A stretch of DNA of 64,000 nt from assembly GCA_052279835.1 (NCBI GenBank), contig CP181291.1, positions 928,001 to 992,000 on the forward strand, read 5' to 3'. Below the pieces are notes generated by a model. It was not told the origin of the DNA, did not search any database, and saw only the letters and a program-made list of their open reading frames with translations. The translations under genes and the position numbers were made by a program. Below, piece after piece: positions 22,626 through 32,223 of the stretch (its first letter is position 1; each line of letters opens with the position of its first letter). The DNA is from Microcoleus sp. (GTDB lineage Bacteria > Cyanobacteriota > Cyanobacteriia > Cyanobacteriales > Microcoleaceae).

Positions 22626-22936
22626 AGCTAGTACCCCTGGTTTTTGTTATGTCAGTAAGTTTACATAAGCACCAGCTCGGCTGTATAGTAAATTCTTGCG
22701 AAAAATTTACTAAAAATACAATTTTCTTGCGAAATTTCTCCGAGTTTGATGAATAATTGTAACAATGGTTGTGGGTGCGATCCGTAAGTTTCACAGTCCG
22801 AGGGTTCGCCAGGGGTTAAAACGCCTGTTTCAGAGTCCGCCAGTTAGATTTTTCGATGGTCCGATTTTTCGATAGTCCGACAGTTAGATTTTTCGATGGT
22901 CCGACAGTTCAATTTTTCGCCAGTCCGATATTCCGC

Positions 22937-23313
22937 CAGGGGTTGAAAACCCCTGTCTCATAGCGCAAGTCCTCTGAAAGAGGACTAAGATCGATGATGA
23001 TTTAATTGGATTTGTCAGTCGGTTTCAACCGACTTGCGCTCTCTCGACGGGGAATTAATTCCCCGGCGGGCTTGTGGGTGAATGCGAAGACTTTTGAATG
23101 CGAAAGATTTTGGGTAAGTCCGAGAGTCCGCCAGGGGTTGAAAACCCCTGTCTCATAGCGAAAGTCCTCTCAAAGAGGACTAAGATTCACAATAATTTAA
23201 TTGGATTTTTCAGTCGGTTTCAACCGACTTTCGCTATGAGACGGGGAATTGATTCCCCGGCGGGCTTGTGGATGAATGCGAAAACTATTGAATGCCAAAA
23301 ATTTTGGGTAAGT
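22937..23313. repeat. Two tandem REP doublets (family A), period 195 bp, downstream of the RAYT-like gene
   Basis: Units start at 22937 and 23132: CAGGGGTTGAAAACCCCTG-TCTCATAGCG-AGTCCTCT..AGAGGACT-spacer-AGTCGGTTTCAACCGACT-..-CGGGGAATT.ATTCCCCG. Confidence 0.88.
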
Positions 23314-23337
23314 GGGCGAATGCGAGAGTTTGATCTG

Positions 23338-23790
23338 TTAATTCTTGGGCCTCTTTGGATACCACCGGGTTGGGCCATAGTCTCGATCGGTGATTTGTTC
23401 TAAATGCGAATTTACAGTATTTTGCAAATGATGTTGCTTTTGATTGATAACATAAGTGACTGCTTGTTCTAGTTGTGTTTGTCCTAAAGAGAATACTCCA
23501 TATCCTTCTTGCCAGCCAAATCTATTGGGATTTTGTAAAGTTTGATTGAGATAATGGCTGCTGCTACCTTTAATATTTTTTACAAATTCAGCGATCGATT
23601 GTCTCGGAGGAATGGAAACTATTAAATGGATGTGATTTTCTGTGCCACCGATAGCGTGGACGATGCAATTGAGGGTATCACCTTTGCCGATAATATAATT
23701 GTAAAGTTCTGTTTCTCTTTGTGGATGTATCAGAGGTTGTCTTTCTTTTGTTGCCCAAACTAAATGATAGTACAGCCGCCACATTGCCAT
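23338..23790 (-). CDS. tnpA: IS200/IS605-superfamily Y1 HUH transposase, REP-associated (RAYT-like)
   Basis: YHLVWATK, HUH motif NHIH, KGSSS, WQEGY, catalytic-Tyr helix YVINQKQHH; REP palindromes on both sides. Confidence 0.88.
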   Translation of the reverse strand: MAMWRLYYHLVWATKERQPLIHPQRETELYNYIIGKGDTLNCIVHAIGGTENHIHLIVSIPPRQSIAEFVKNIKGSSSHYLNQTLQNPNRFGWQEGYGVFSLGQTQLEQAVTYVINQKQHHLQNTVNSHLEQITDRDYGPTRWYPKRPKN

Positions 23791-23874
23791 AAATATGTTT
23801 CCCGATATTTATGTAATTTTTTTATTATTTTGCGCTTTTTTAGCTATGTTATTTTACCATATAGGTACCTCGTT

Positions 23875-24000
23875 GGATAATTCAATTGGATTTACCAGTC
23901 GGTTTCAACCGACTTTCACTCTCTCGACGGGGAATTAATTCACTCCTAGGATTTGTGGGTGAATGTAAAGACTCAAGAATGCCAAAAACTTTGGGTGAGT
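23875..24000. repeat. Partial (right-half) copy of the family A unit upstream of tnpA
   Basis: AGTCGGTTTCAACCGACT followed by CTCTCTCGACGGGGAATTAATTC and the same downstream GTGGGTGAATG..GAATGCCAAAA tract. Confidence 0.8.
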
Positions 24001-24925
24001 CCGCCAGTTCGATAGTCCGCCAGTTCGAGAGTCCGCCAGTTTGATCGTCCGCCAGTTCGAGAGTCCGTCAGTCCGAGAGTCCGTCAGTCCGAGAGTCCGC
24101 CAGTCCGAGAGTCCGTCAGTCCGAGAGTCCGTCAGTCCGAGAGTCCGCCAGTTCGATCGTCCGACAGTTCGATTTTTCGCCAGTTCGATTTTTCGCCAGT
24201 TCGATAGTCCGACAGTTCGATTTTTCGCCAGTCCGAGAGTCCGACAGTTCGATTTTTCGCCAGTCCGAGAGTCCGACAGTTCGATTTTTCGCCAGTCCGA
24301 GAGTCCGACAGTTCGATTTTTCGCCAGTCCGAGAGTCCGCCAGGGGTTAAAAACCCCTGTCTCATAGCGAAAGTCCTCTCAAAGAGGACTGGTATCGATC
24401 GTAATTCAATTAGATTTACCAGTCGGTTTCAACCGACTTTTGCTATGAGGCAGGGGTTTAAACCCCTGCCGGACTGTCGGACTGCCGGAGGGCCGGACTG
24501 TCGGACTGCCGGAGGGCCGGACTGTCGGACTGCCGGAGGGCCACACTGCTGGAGGGCCACACTGCCGGAGGGCCACACTGCTGGAGGGCCACACTGCCGG
24601 AGGGCCACACTGCCGGACTGCCGGACTGTCGGACTGCCACACTGCCACACTGCCGGACTGCCGGACTGCCGGACTGCCGGACTACCGGACTACCCGACTA
24701 CCCGACTACCGGACTGCCGGACTACCGGACTACCGGACTACCGGACTACCGGACTGCCGGACTGTCGGACTGCCGGACTGTCGGACTGTCGGACTGCCAC
24801 ACTGCCACACTGCCGGACTGCCGGACTGCCGGACTACCGCAGGGCCACACTGCCGGACTACCGGACTGCCGGACTGCCACACTGCCGGACTACCGGACTA
24901 CCGGACTGCCGCAGGGCCGGACTGC
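24001..24925. repeat. Family A REP doublet (24341-24468) flanked by long inverted 8-nt tandem-repeat tails
   Basis: Left tail of AGTCCGNN/AGTTCGAT variants at 24001-24340; right tail of CCGGACTG/CCACACTG/CCGGACTA variants at 24469-24925. Confidence 0.88.
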
Positions 24926-24939
24926 GGGTGTTACCTTTA

Positions 24940-25839
24940 TTAAAGTGAATCGCGATATTTCTTAGGAGTCACACCGACGATTTTGCAGAAAGTCTTGCTA
25001 AAATGACTTTGGTCGTGAAACCCGACTTGCTCCGAGATATAGGTTATTGATAAATCTCGCCTTTTCAACAACTGTTTGGCTTTTTCAATTCGGCACTGCG
25101 TGACGTATTGATGGGGCGTCACTCCAATTGATAGTTTGAACAAACGACTGAAATAATAAGGACTAATCTGCACTAAATTAGCAAGTTCAGCTAAGTGCAA
25201 ATCTCGGTTTAGATAGTCATTAATGTAGTTAATAACAATCTGCAATTTTACAGGTTCCAAACCATTGTCAAAATCTCGCCGATGGGGTTTTTGTGCCGAA
25301 TAGCGGTGCAGTATGTGCATTGAAAGGGCATTTTTCAGTGCATCGACATAAAGAGTACCGTTTAATCCACCTGATTCTAGTTCAGTTTTCAGGGCCCAGC
25401 CAATTCCGTGAATCAACGGGTCGCTGATTTTCCATTGCGGTATAATTTCAATCTGATTGGCATTTGTCGATTCGTCAACTGTATTGTCGAATTCGGTAGG
25501 TTCAAGGGCGATCGCCATAAATTCAGGTTCTTCGACTGCACTTGACTGGAAATCAGTACCAGCAGCACCGATGAATATCTGTCCACTTTGCCACGGTTCG
25601 CTACCGTAGTGTTTTCCGTTCAGTATTCCTGTTACTGTTACTGAATTGAGTATCAGCCCAATGCTGTGCTGTTGGAAACAGTGTTCAGGACATTGGTGTG
25701 GTGGTGGCTGACGGTGATATTCGACGTGAATTCCCTCCCACTTTGCACCTTGACTCGACAGGATTGCGGGACGCGGAAGAATCAATTTCGTCGCGTCTGT
25801 CTGGGCAAAATCTAGAATTAACGGTTTCTCTGAGGACAT
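24940..25839 (-). CDS. AraC family transcriptional regulator
   Basis: C-terminal LAELA..SPYYFSRLFK...RIEKAKQLL...VGFHDQSHFSKTF...GVTPKKYR double HTH. Confidence 0.93.
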   Translation of the reverse strand: MSSEKPLILDFAQTDATKLILPRPAILSSQGAKWEGIHVEYHRQPPPHQCPEHCFQQHSIGLILNSVTVTGILNGKHYGSEPWQSGQIFIGAAGTDFQSSAVEEPEFMAIALEPTEFDNTVDESTNANQIEIIPQWKISDPLIHGIGWALKTELESGGLNGTLYVDALKNALSMHILHRYSAQKPHRRDFDNGLEPVKLQIVINYINDYLNRDLHLAELANLVQISPYYFSRLFKLSIGVTPHQYVTQCRIEKAKQLLKRRDLSITYISEQVGFHDQSHFSKTFCKIVGVTPKKYRDSL

Positions 25840-25950
25840 AGCTTACACCTGCTACCGTAGTTGCTATATCATATATTTCTGAAACAGAGAAAACGCACCT
25901 CAATACTTTTAGCTTGTAGCCAAGTTTCGATCGCCCTAAATCCCCCTTTT

Positions 25951-26014
<64 letters not shown>

Positions 26015-26018
26015 TAAA

Positions 26019-28673
26019 TTAGCGCGAAATAAAATGCGCCCAAATATTCCCATCGGGCCCGGCGACTTGATTCATATAGTTGTAGGGATACATCAACTTT
26101 CTACCCTCAGTATCCCTATAACCAGTGAGTGCATCTCCCCACGGATCTTGCGCGATGTAACCGTCGGAATTGTAGCCAATTAGGGTGATAATATGACCGG
26201 AAGCAGTAAAATCTCCGGCTAAAACCACTGGCCGCCGATTCAACAATTCCGATCGCAAATCAGCCCATTTCCGAGTCGTACTAAAACTCGTCTTGAACCC
26301 ATAGGCTTTAATCAGCGCCGAAAGCACGTTATGATCGGTTTGAGAACCCTGGCCCGCATAATCAAAACACCACTGCAATAACTCATCCTCCAACTGTCCG
26401 CCCCACTTGGAACGAACGCCATAGTAATAAAGTACCATCGCGATCGCAGTTACATTGCAAGTAGACCAATCAAAACGGGGATTATCCCGCTGAGAAAAAT
26501 AGGGCACATTCAATTCCACATTATTGGGAATGGGGTCAAAAACTTTATCGCCCCGCTTAAACTGAATAGAATTAGGAACAACAAAACCTGTATTGCCAAA
26601 ATTAGGCAGTTCTTCCGTCAAAGAAACCTTCAGGTGATTTCCTTCCAAACCGTAGCTTTCCACACCGTAAACTCGACCCAGAGGCAACGTAGTCCTTTCC
26701 GTAGCGCTCAATTGGTTAGCATCAACAGGTCGTTTTTTGAACACAGTTGGTTGCAACATTGTTACGGTCAAAGCATCGGGGTCAAAGATAATTTCTTTAT
26801 TTAATTTTTTAATTTGAACGTGACGCCAATAGATAAATCCCACATTCCCAAAATCAGGAATAGATTCGGCAAGAGTTACCCGGAAATGACCCAAAATGCA
26901 GGCATAGCCAGTAATCGCATAGGTACTGCCTAAAATTAGGTCAGCCACCTGATTTGCTGGCAGTTTCAGGGAATCTTCCGGTGAACCTTTAATCTGGGTG
27001 GTTTGAGTTACCAACAGTTGAGCGCTGATGTTAGTATTGGGTACATCAGCCAGGTCAAATTTCAGGATTTTTGTACCTTTGGCTAGCTGAACGTCTGGTT
27101 CATAAAAATAGCCAAAAGTGCCGATCGGCGTAATTGCCGCATCCAAAACCACCTTGAGATGACCGTCAATAAATCCGTACTTGTTAACAATCAAAGTTTG
27201 ACCTGCTTTGACCAGAACTTTTTGCTGATTGTTTAGTCGGGAAGAGTCCACTGGAGCTACTTTAAATAAAGTATCAGAAACTATCTTTAAAGTCAAATCT
27301 TTGCCGACAGTTAAGGGGTCAGAACTTACGGTAATATAAATGATTTGACTGCCAGTAACATTGCCTTTGCTATCAGTCGCTCGCAGTCGCAGCCACCGAG
27401 CTCCAGGCGTGCTAAATCCTTTGGCTAAATTTACTTGCCAAGTCCCTGCTTTTTGGTTTAGTGTGACGTTTAGTGGCAGCTTATCCTCGGCTATGACTTC
27501 AACTTTGACTGCTTCTTGTTTGTCAAAAGTACCTGAAAGTGCGATCGTCTGATTCAGCAACACTTCCGTCGGACCTTGATAAGTTAAATTTGGTGCCGGA
27601 TTGAAAGATTTGCCACCGCGGGCAAATTGTACAAAATCGGGAAAAATAAAACCAGTATTACCAAAGGGCGGTAAATTTTCAGTAAGGGAGACTTTAATGT
27701 GGCCTTGTTCGATGGAGAATCCGCTAATTCCGTAAATTATTCCCGCTGGTAATGTAATTTTTTCCTGTGGTTGCAGAGTCGCTGCATTCGCTGGTCGCTT
27801 TTTAAACACAGTAGTTTTGAGAACAGTCATGGTGACAGCATTTCTGTCATAGGGAATACCTCGACCATTTTGCAAAATTTGGACGTGCTGCGAGTACAGA
27901 AAAGCGGAAGTTCCCAAGTTGGGTATGGGGCGATCGAAGGTGACTCGAAAATGATTTTCAATGCAAGCATAGCCGAGGATATTGAAGGTTTCTCCCTGGC
28001 TGAGGTCTACTTTTTGATTGGAAGATAAGGTAGCAGAATCGGCAGGGCTGAGCTTCAATTTACTTTTTTTGACTACCCAAAGTAACTGCATTCCCGGTGG
28101 GGGTGTCGGTAAGTCAGTGCGATCGAATCTGAGAACTTTTGCACCTTTGGTTAGCAAAACGTGTTCTTCATAGAAATAGCCAGATTTTCCTACCGGAGAA
28201 ATGGGATTATTTAGTTCTACTCTCAGGTGTCTATCGTCTAACTCATAATCTGCGAGCAGATAGGTTTGACCCGCGATTGTGTCGGCTTTTTGTTGGTCAT
28301 TGAGACTGGCTGATGCTACTGTTCCCGCTTTAAATTTGGTATTTTGGAGGACAACTAACATCAATAATGGAAGGGCGGAGTTAGTAGCAGGATTGACTTT
28401 GATATTAAATGTTTGTTCGCCGATAACTTTGCCTGTTTTATCAGTTGCTTTTACTTGCAATGTGCGAATTCCAGGGTTGTCGAAGCCTTTGGCTAAACCG
28501 ATACTCCAAGTACCTGTAGATAAATTTATTTCTACATTCAGGGCATTTGTGCCTTCGGTTGCTGAAATTCCAGCCACTCTATTTTTGTCAAAAATGCCCA
28601 CTAGGGCTGCGGCTCGATTTGCCTCAATTTCTTGAGGGCCTAAGTAGGTCAAAATACTGGTACTGTTTGTCAT
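26019..28673 (-). CDS. C39-like cysteine peptidase with repeated N-terminal Ig-like and putative cell-wall-binding modules
   Basis: VPYFSQRDN..STCN..GHII..QDPWG (Cys-His-Asp); several repeats of T.FK..P.....L...(Q/E)K..Y....HL.V.L....G..GF.Y..HV. Confidence 0.82.
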   Translation of the reverse strand: MTNSTSILTYLGPQEIEANRAAALVGIFDKNRVAGISATEGTNALNVEINLSTGTWSIGLAKGFDNPGIRTLQVKATDKTGKVIGEQTFNIKVNPATNSALPLLMLVVLQNTKFKAGTVASASLNDQQKADTIAGQTYLLADYELDDRHLRVELNNPISPVGKSGYFYEEHVLLTKGAKVLRFDRTDLPTPPPGMQLLWVVKKSKLKLSPADSATLSSNQKVDLSQGETFNILGYACIENHFRVTFDRPIPNLGTSAFLYSQHVQILQNGRGIPYDRNAVTMTVLKTTVFKKRPANAATLQPQEKITLPAGIIYGISGFSIEQGHIKVSLTENLPPFGNTGFIFPDFVQFARGGKSFNPAPNLTYQGPTEVLLNQTIALSGTFDKQEAVKVEVIAEDKLPLNVTLNQKAGTWQVNLAKGFSTPGARWLRLRATDSKGNVTGSQIIYITVSSDPLTVGKDLTLKIVSDTLFKVAPVDSSRLNNQQKVLVKAGQTLIVNKYGFIDGHLKVVLDAAITPIGTFGYFYEPDVQLAKGTKILKFDLADVPNTNISAQLLVTQTTQIKGSPEDSLKLPANQVADLILGSTYAITGYACILGHFRVTLAESIPDFGNVGFIYWRHVQIKKLNKEIIFDPDALTVTMLQPTVFKKRPVDANQLSATERTTLPLGRVYGVESYGLEGNHLKVSLTEELPNFGNTGFVVPNSIQFKRGDKVFDPIPNNVELNVPYFSQRDNPRFDWSTCNVTAIAMVLYYYGVRSKWGGQLEDELLQWCFDYAGQGSQTDHNVLSALIKAYGFKTSFSTTRKWADLRSELLNRRPVVLAGDFTASGHIITLIGYNSDGYIAQDPWGDALTGYRDTEGRKLMYPYNYMNQVAGPDGNIWAHFISR

Positions 28674-28919
28674 CTCAATCTCTCTTAGCTAGGTTTGCTG
28701 TTAAATCTGGCTGTTAATTTAAAATTTGCACAAATTGGGTAATTTTTCAGCTATCACAATGATAAATTCTGATTTTATCAAAGATAACTGCTCGATCGCA
28801 CACAAAACCGCCCCTAGATTCAGTCTCAGGGCGGTAAGTGCTTTTAAGTTCGATCGGCTAAACTATGGTGACGAGAATATTCACCTGTCGATCGACATGA
28901 TTAATTTTACTTAACCTAA

Positions 28920-29360
28920 CTACACAATTGTTACCAGAATATCTTGAGCGTGAGTGTCAACTTTCATGGTTTCTCCTTCAAAAACCTGAATGATTTTGCC
29001 GGTACCATCGATGACAAAGGTGACGCGCTTGGCATAATCACCTTTTTCCACATCGTAGGCTTTGGTAATCGCGCCATCCACATCTGCTAATAGCTGGAAA
29101 GGCAAACAGTATTTTTCTGTGAACTTTTGGTGAGATTCCTCGTTATCGCGGCTGACACCGAGAACTACAATATCTTTGTCCTTGTATTCTTCATAGGCTG
29201 CTTTGAAGCTTTGGGCTTGTCTGGTGCAGCCGGGGGTGTCGTCTTTGGGGTAGAAATACAATATGACGGTTTTACCGGAGAATTCAGAGAGGGATACTGT
29301 TTTGCCATTGGTATCTTTGGCGGTAAATTGAGGGGCGGCGCATCCAACTGGTAAAGTCAT
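28920..29360 (-). CDS. bcp: Peroxiredoxin, BCP/PrxQ type
   Basis: LYFYPKDDTPGCT motif, GVS, RVTFVID; start MTLPVG at 29360 preferred. Confidence 0.9.
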   Translation of the reverse strand: MTLPVGCAAPQFTAKDTNGKTVSLSEFSGKTVILYFYPKDDTPGCTRQAQSFKAAYEEYKDKDIVVLGVSRDNEESHQKFTEKYCLPFQLLADVDGAITKAYDVEKGDYAKRVTFVIDGTGKIIQVFEGETMKVDTHAQDILVTIV

Positions 29361-29435
29361 AGTTTTTGTTTCCCTTGTTTGGTTTTTGTTGCAGTTCCTC
29401 AACTTATTTTAGTTGGTTGTGTACCTTTGGAATCG

Positions 29436-29820
29436 GTGCATCTGACTTTTGGAAGGGCGAAGCACGATCGCAGGCAATTTATTAACGATCGCCAGAGATT
29501 TACTACGGTCATGCTTCCCCCCTACGAATATATTAACTGGTTCCCAGGCTCCAGCCTGGGAACCCATATCACTCTTGCTCTGCCTCGCTGGGGAAGATGG
29601 AAAGGTCGGCAAAGCCTCCCGCTCAGCGTTACCAGGTTGGAGTCTGGTAATATCAAATCCGGTAGCGTCTGAATTATTAAAATCTCTATTTTCTCCCTCT
29701 GTGTCCTCTGTGTTCTCTGCGGTTAAATAATTCCGATCCAACCTGAAACGATATAACGAGTAAAAAGGTCGGCAGAGCATCTATATCGGCGTTACCAGGC
29801 TGGAGCCTGGTAACGAGTAA
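29436..29820. repeat. Nest of several non-autonomous repeat families (GTAG-REP doublet, GTT(C/A)CCAGGCT palindromes, CTCTGTG repeats)
   Basis: 29438-29533 is the reverse complement of 60668-60764; palindromes at 29539-29564 and 29790-29815 match 56086-56111. Confidence 0.78.
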
Positions 29821-29885
29821 ACCGTGATTAATTGTAGGGAAACAGCCTTGCTGTCTCCTGATTATAGGTAATATTAATTCCGATG

Positions 29886-31376
29886 CTACACGCCCACCGG
29901 TTGAGCCGCAGCAGCCATCATCGATGGATCGAGCTTAATCCCTAAACCTTCTGCCACTTGGCGGCCGTAATTCGGATCGGCGCGGAAGAAATGGCACAGT
30001 TGGCGCATCTGAATCTCCGGTTTTGCTGCACCCAAACTTTCCACAATATTAGCGACAAGCCGCTGCTGTGCATCGGGTTTCATCAAGCGATAGAGGTCTC
30101 CTGCTTGGGTGTAGTCGTCATTGCCTTTACGATGATCGTAGCGATCGACTTTGACATTTCCCAAGTCCCAAGCTGGGTCAGCATAGACACAGTTTTGCTT
30201 GGGCGTATCCTCATGGCTGTTAGGTTCGTAGTTCGGCCCGCTACCACCGTTATTACCCAATGCCATTGCGCCATCTCGTTGGTAGTGCATCACCGGACAT
30301 TTTGGTTGATTGACCGGCAATTGCTGATAGTTTGCACCGAGACGATAGCGTTGAGCATCTGCATAGGACATGATGCGAGATTGCAGCACTTTATCTGGAG
30401 AGAAGCTAATTCCTGGAACCACATTAGAAGGAGAAAATGCCGCCTGTTCTACTTCTGCAAAAAAGTTTTGGGGATTGCGATTGAGTTCGAGAATTCCCAC
30501 ATCAATTAAGGGAAATTCTGAGTGCTTCCAAACTTTTGTCAAGTCAAAGGGGTTTTCGCGATATTCTGCCGCCTGGGCTTCTGTCATTACTTGAATGCAA
30601 AAGCGCCACTTGGGATTATTACCTTGCTCGATCGCCTCAAACAAATCGCGAGTGGAATGATCGGGATCTTCGCCTTTGATCCGCATTGCTTCTGCGGCGG
30701 TCAAATTTTCAATACCTTGCATGGTTTTGAAGTGGAATTTGCACCAAACTCGTTCTCCTTGAGCATTGATGAGGCTGAACGTATGGCTACCAAAACCATC
30801 CATGTGGCGGTGGTTTTTCGGTGTACCGCGATCGGAAAACAAAATTGTCACCTGATGCAGAGATTCTGGACTCAGCGACCAGAAATCCCACTTGGCGTTA
30901 GGATCTTTGAGATGGGTTTGGGGATGGCGCTTTTGTGTGTGGATAAAATCAGGGAATTTAATCGGATCGCGAATGAAGAAAACAGGGGTATTATTGCCCA
31001 CTAAATCCCAGTTACCTTCTTCGGTGTAAAATTTGAGCGAAAAGCCTCTGGGGTCACGTTCGGCATCTGCTGAACCTTGTTCGCCACCTACGGTAGAGAA
31101 GCGGAGGAGAACCTGAGTTTGTTTACCAATTTCTGAAAATAACTGAGCTTTGCTATAGCGAGTAATGTCATGGGTGATGGTCAAGGTGCCAAATGCAGCG
31201 GCTCCTTTAGCATGGACAACGCGCTCTGGAATGCGTTCTCGGTTGAAGTGAGCCAGCTTCTCCATCAGGTGAAAATCCTGCATGAGGATGGGCCCGCGTT
31301 CACCGGCTGTCAAGGAGTTCTGGTTATCTGCAACGGGAATCCCGTCCGCCGTTGTCAATGTTTTGTGTTCTGTCAT
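29886..31376 (-). CDS. katE: Monofunctional small-subunit heme catalase
   Basis: [15 protein letters not shown] (distal His), [18 protein letters not shown] (proximal Tyr). Confidence 0.95.
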   Translation of the reverse strand: MTEHKTLTTADGIPVADNQNSLTAGERGPILMQDFHLMEKLAHFNRERIPERVVHAKGAAAFGTLTITHDITRYSKAQLFSEIGKQTQVLLRFSTVGGEQGSADAERDPRGFSLKFYTEEGNWDLVGNNTPVFFIRDPIKFPDFIHTQKRHPQTHLKDPNAKWDFWSLSPESLHQVTILFSDRGTPKNHRHMDGFGSHTFSLINAQGERVWCKFHFKTMQGIENLTAAEAMRIKGEDPDHSTRDLFEAIEQGNNPKWRFCIQVMTEAQAAEYRENPFDLTKVWKHSEFPLIDVGILELNRNPQNFFAEVEQAAFSPSNVVPGISFSPDKVLQSRIMSYADAQRYRLGANYQQLPVNQPKCPVMHYQRDGAMALGNNGGSGPNYEPNSHEDTPKQNCVYADPAWDLGNVKVDRYDHRKGNDDYTQAGDLYRLMKPDAQQRLVANIVESLGAAKPEIQMRQLCHFFRADPNYGRQVAEGLGIKLDPSMMAAAAQPVGV

Positions 31377-31564
31377 GGTTGGTAAATCGATTGCTCTACC
31401 CTAAGTGTTCCATACCTTTCTGGGAGCGGGGTCTATCTGCGGAGGTAGTTATCAAATGGGCGATCGGGTGTTAGATTATTGGTGTGTTTTGAAAATTTGC
31501 TGAGTCAATTAAAACTAATAACCTGTCCTAAAATAGAAGAGACATCCTATATTAATTCCCTACC

Positions 31565-31882
31565 ATGTCGATCGCCGTCATTAAAGAACATATCGAAATC
31601 ACCCCAGGAATTTGTGGGGGAAAACCCCGTATCGCCGGACATCGCATCCGAGTTCAGGATATAGTTGTTTGGCACGAACAAATGGGAATGTCACCAGATG
31701 AAATTCTGTATCACTATCCGAGTATTACTTTATCTGATATCTATGCAGCTTTAGCCTATTATCACGATCGTCGAGATGAAATTCGCTCTGCGATCGAAGC
31801 AGATGCAGAATTTGCGCGCCAATTGAAAGCTCAAAACCCATCGCTATTGCAACAAAAATTAAAAAGTCGTCAACATGGCTAA
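31565..31882 (+). CDS. DUF433 protein (putative antitoxin)
   Basis: PGICGGKPRIAGHRIRVQDI...YPSITLSDIYAALAYY. Confidence 0.9.
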   Translation: MSIAVIKEHIEITPGICGGKPRIAGHRIRVQDIVVWHEQMGMSPDEILYHYPSITLSDIYAALAYYHDRRDEIRSAIEADAEFARQLKAQNPSLLQQKLKSRQHG

Positions 31883-32207
31883 GATAAAATTCCATCTCGA
31901 CGCAAATATAACTCTTGCCATAGGGAATGGATTGCGAAGACGTGGAATTGATGTCACCACAACTCCAGAACAAGGAATGATCGGGCAATCCGACGAACAA
32001 CAATTAGCATTTTCGCTGTCTCAAGAACGGGTAATTTTTACTCAAGATACAGATTTTTTAAGACTGCATCATGCGGGTTTGTCTCACGCGGGTATTGTTT
32101 ACTGTCCGCAAACCAGTAAATCGATTGGGGAAATTTTGCAAGGATTAGTATTAATTTGGGAGGTACTGAATGCTGAAGAAATGAACGGTCGTTTGGAGTA
32201 TTTGTAA
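31875..32207 (+). CDS. DUF5615 PIN-like protein (putative VapC45-type toxin)
   Basis: FHLDAN..LRRRGIDV..SDEQQL..RVIFTQDTDF..HAGI; overlaps the DUF433 gene by 8 nt. Confidence 0.88.
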   Translation: MAKIKFHLDANITLAIGNGLRRRGIDVTTTPEQGMIGQSDEQQLAFSLSQERVIFTQDTDFLRLHHAGLSHAGIVYCPQTSKSIGEILQGLVLIWEVLNAEEMNGRLEYL

Positions 32208-32223
32208 AAATAGGCGATCGTAA

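Noticed and set aside
22937..24468. CRISPR array
   Set aside because: The sequences between palindromes are homologous to each other rather than unique, the units are inverted doublets, and no cas genes are present
24041..24948. ORFs such as 24041-24367, 24445-24948 and 24406-24648
   Set aside because: Translations of 8-nt tandem repeats that happen to lack stops
29409..29780. ORFs 29379-29672, 29409-29780 and 29449-29730
   Set aside because: They lie wholly within nested repeats and have no protein motifs
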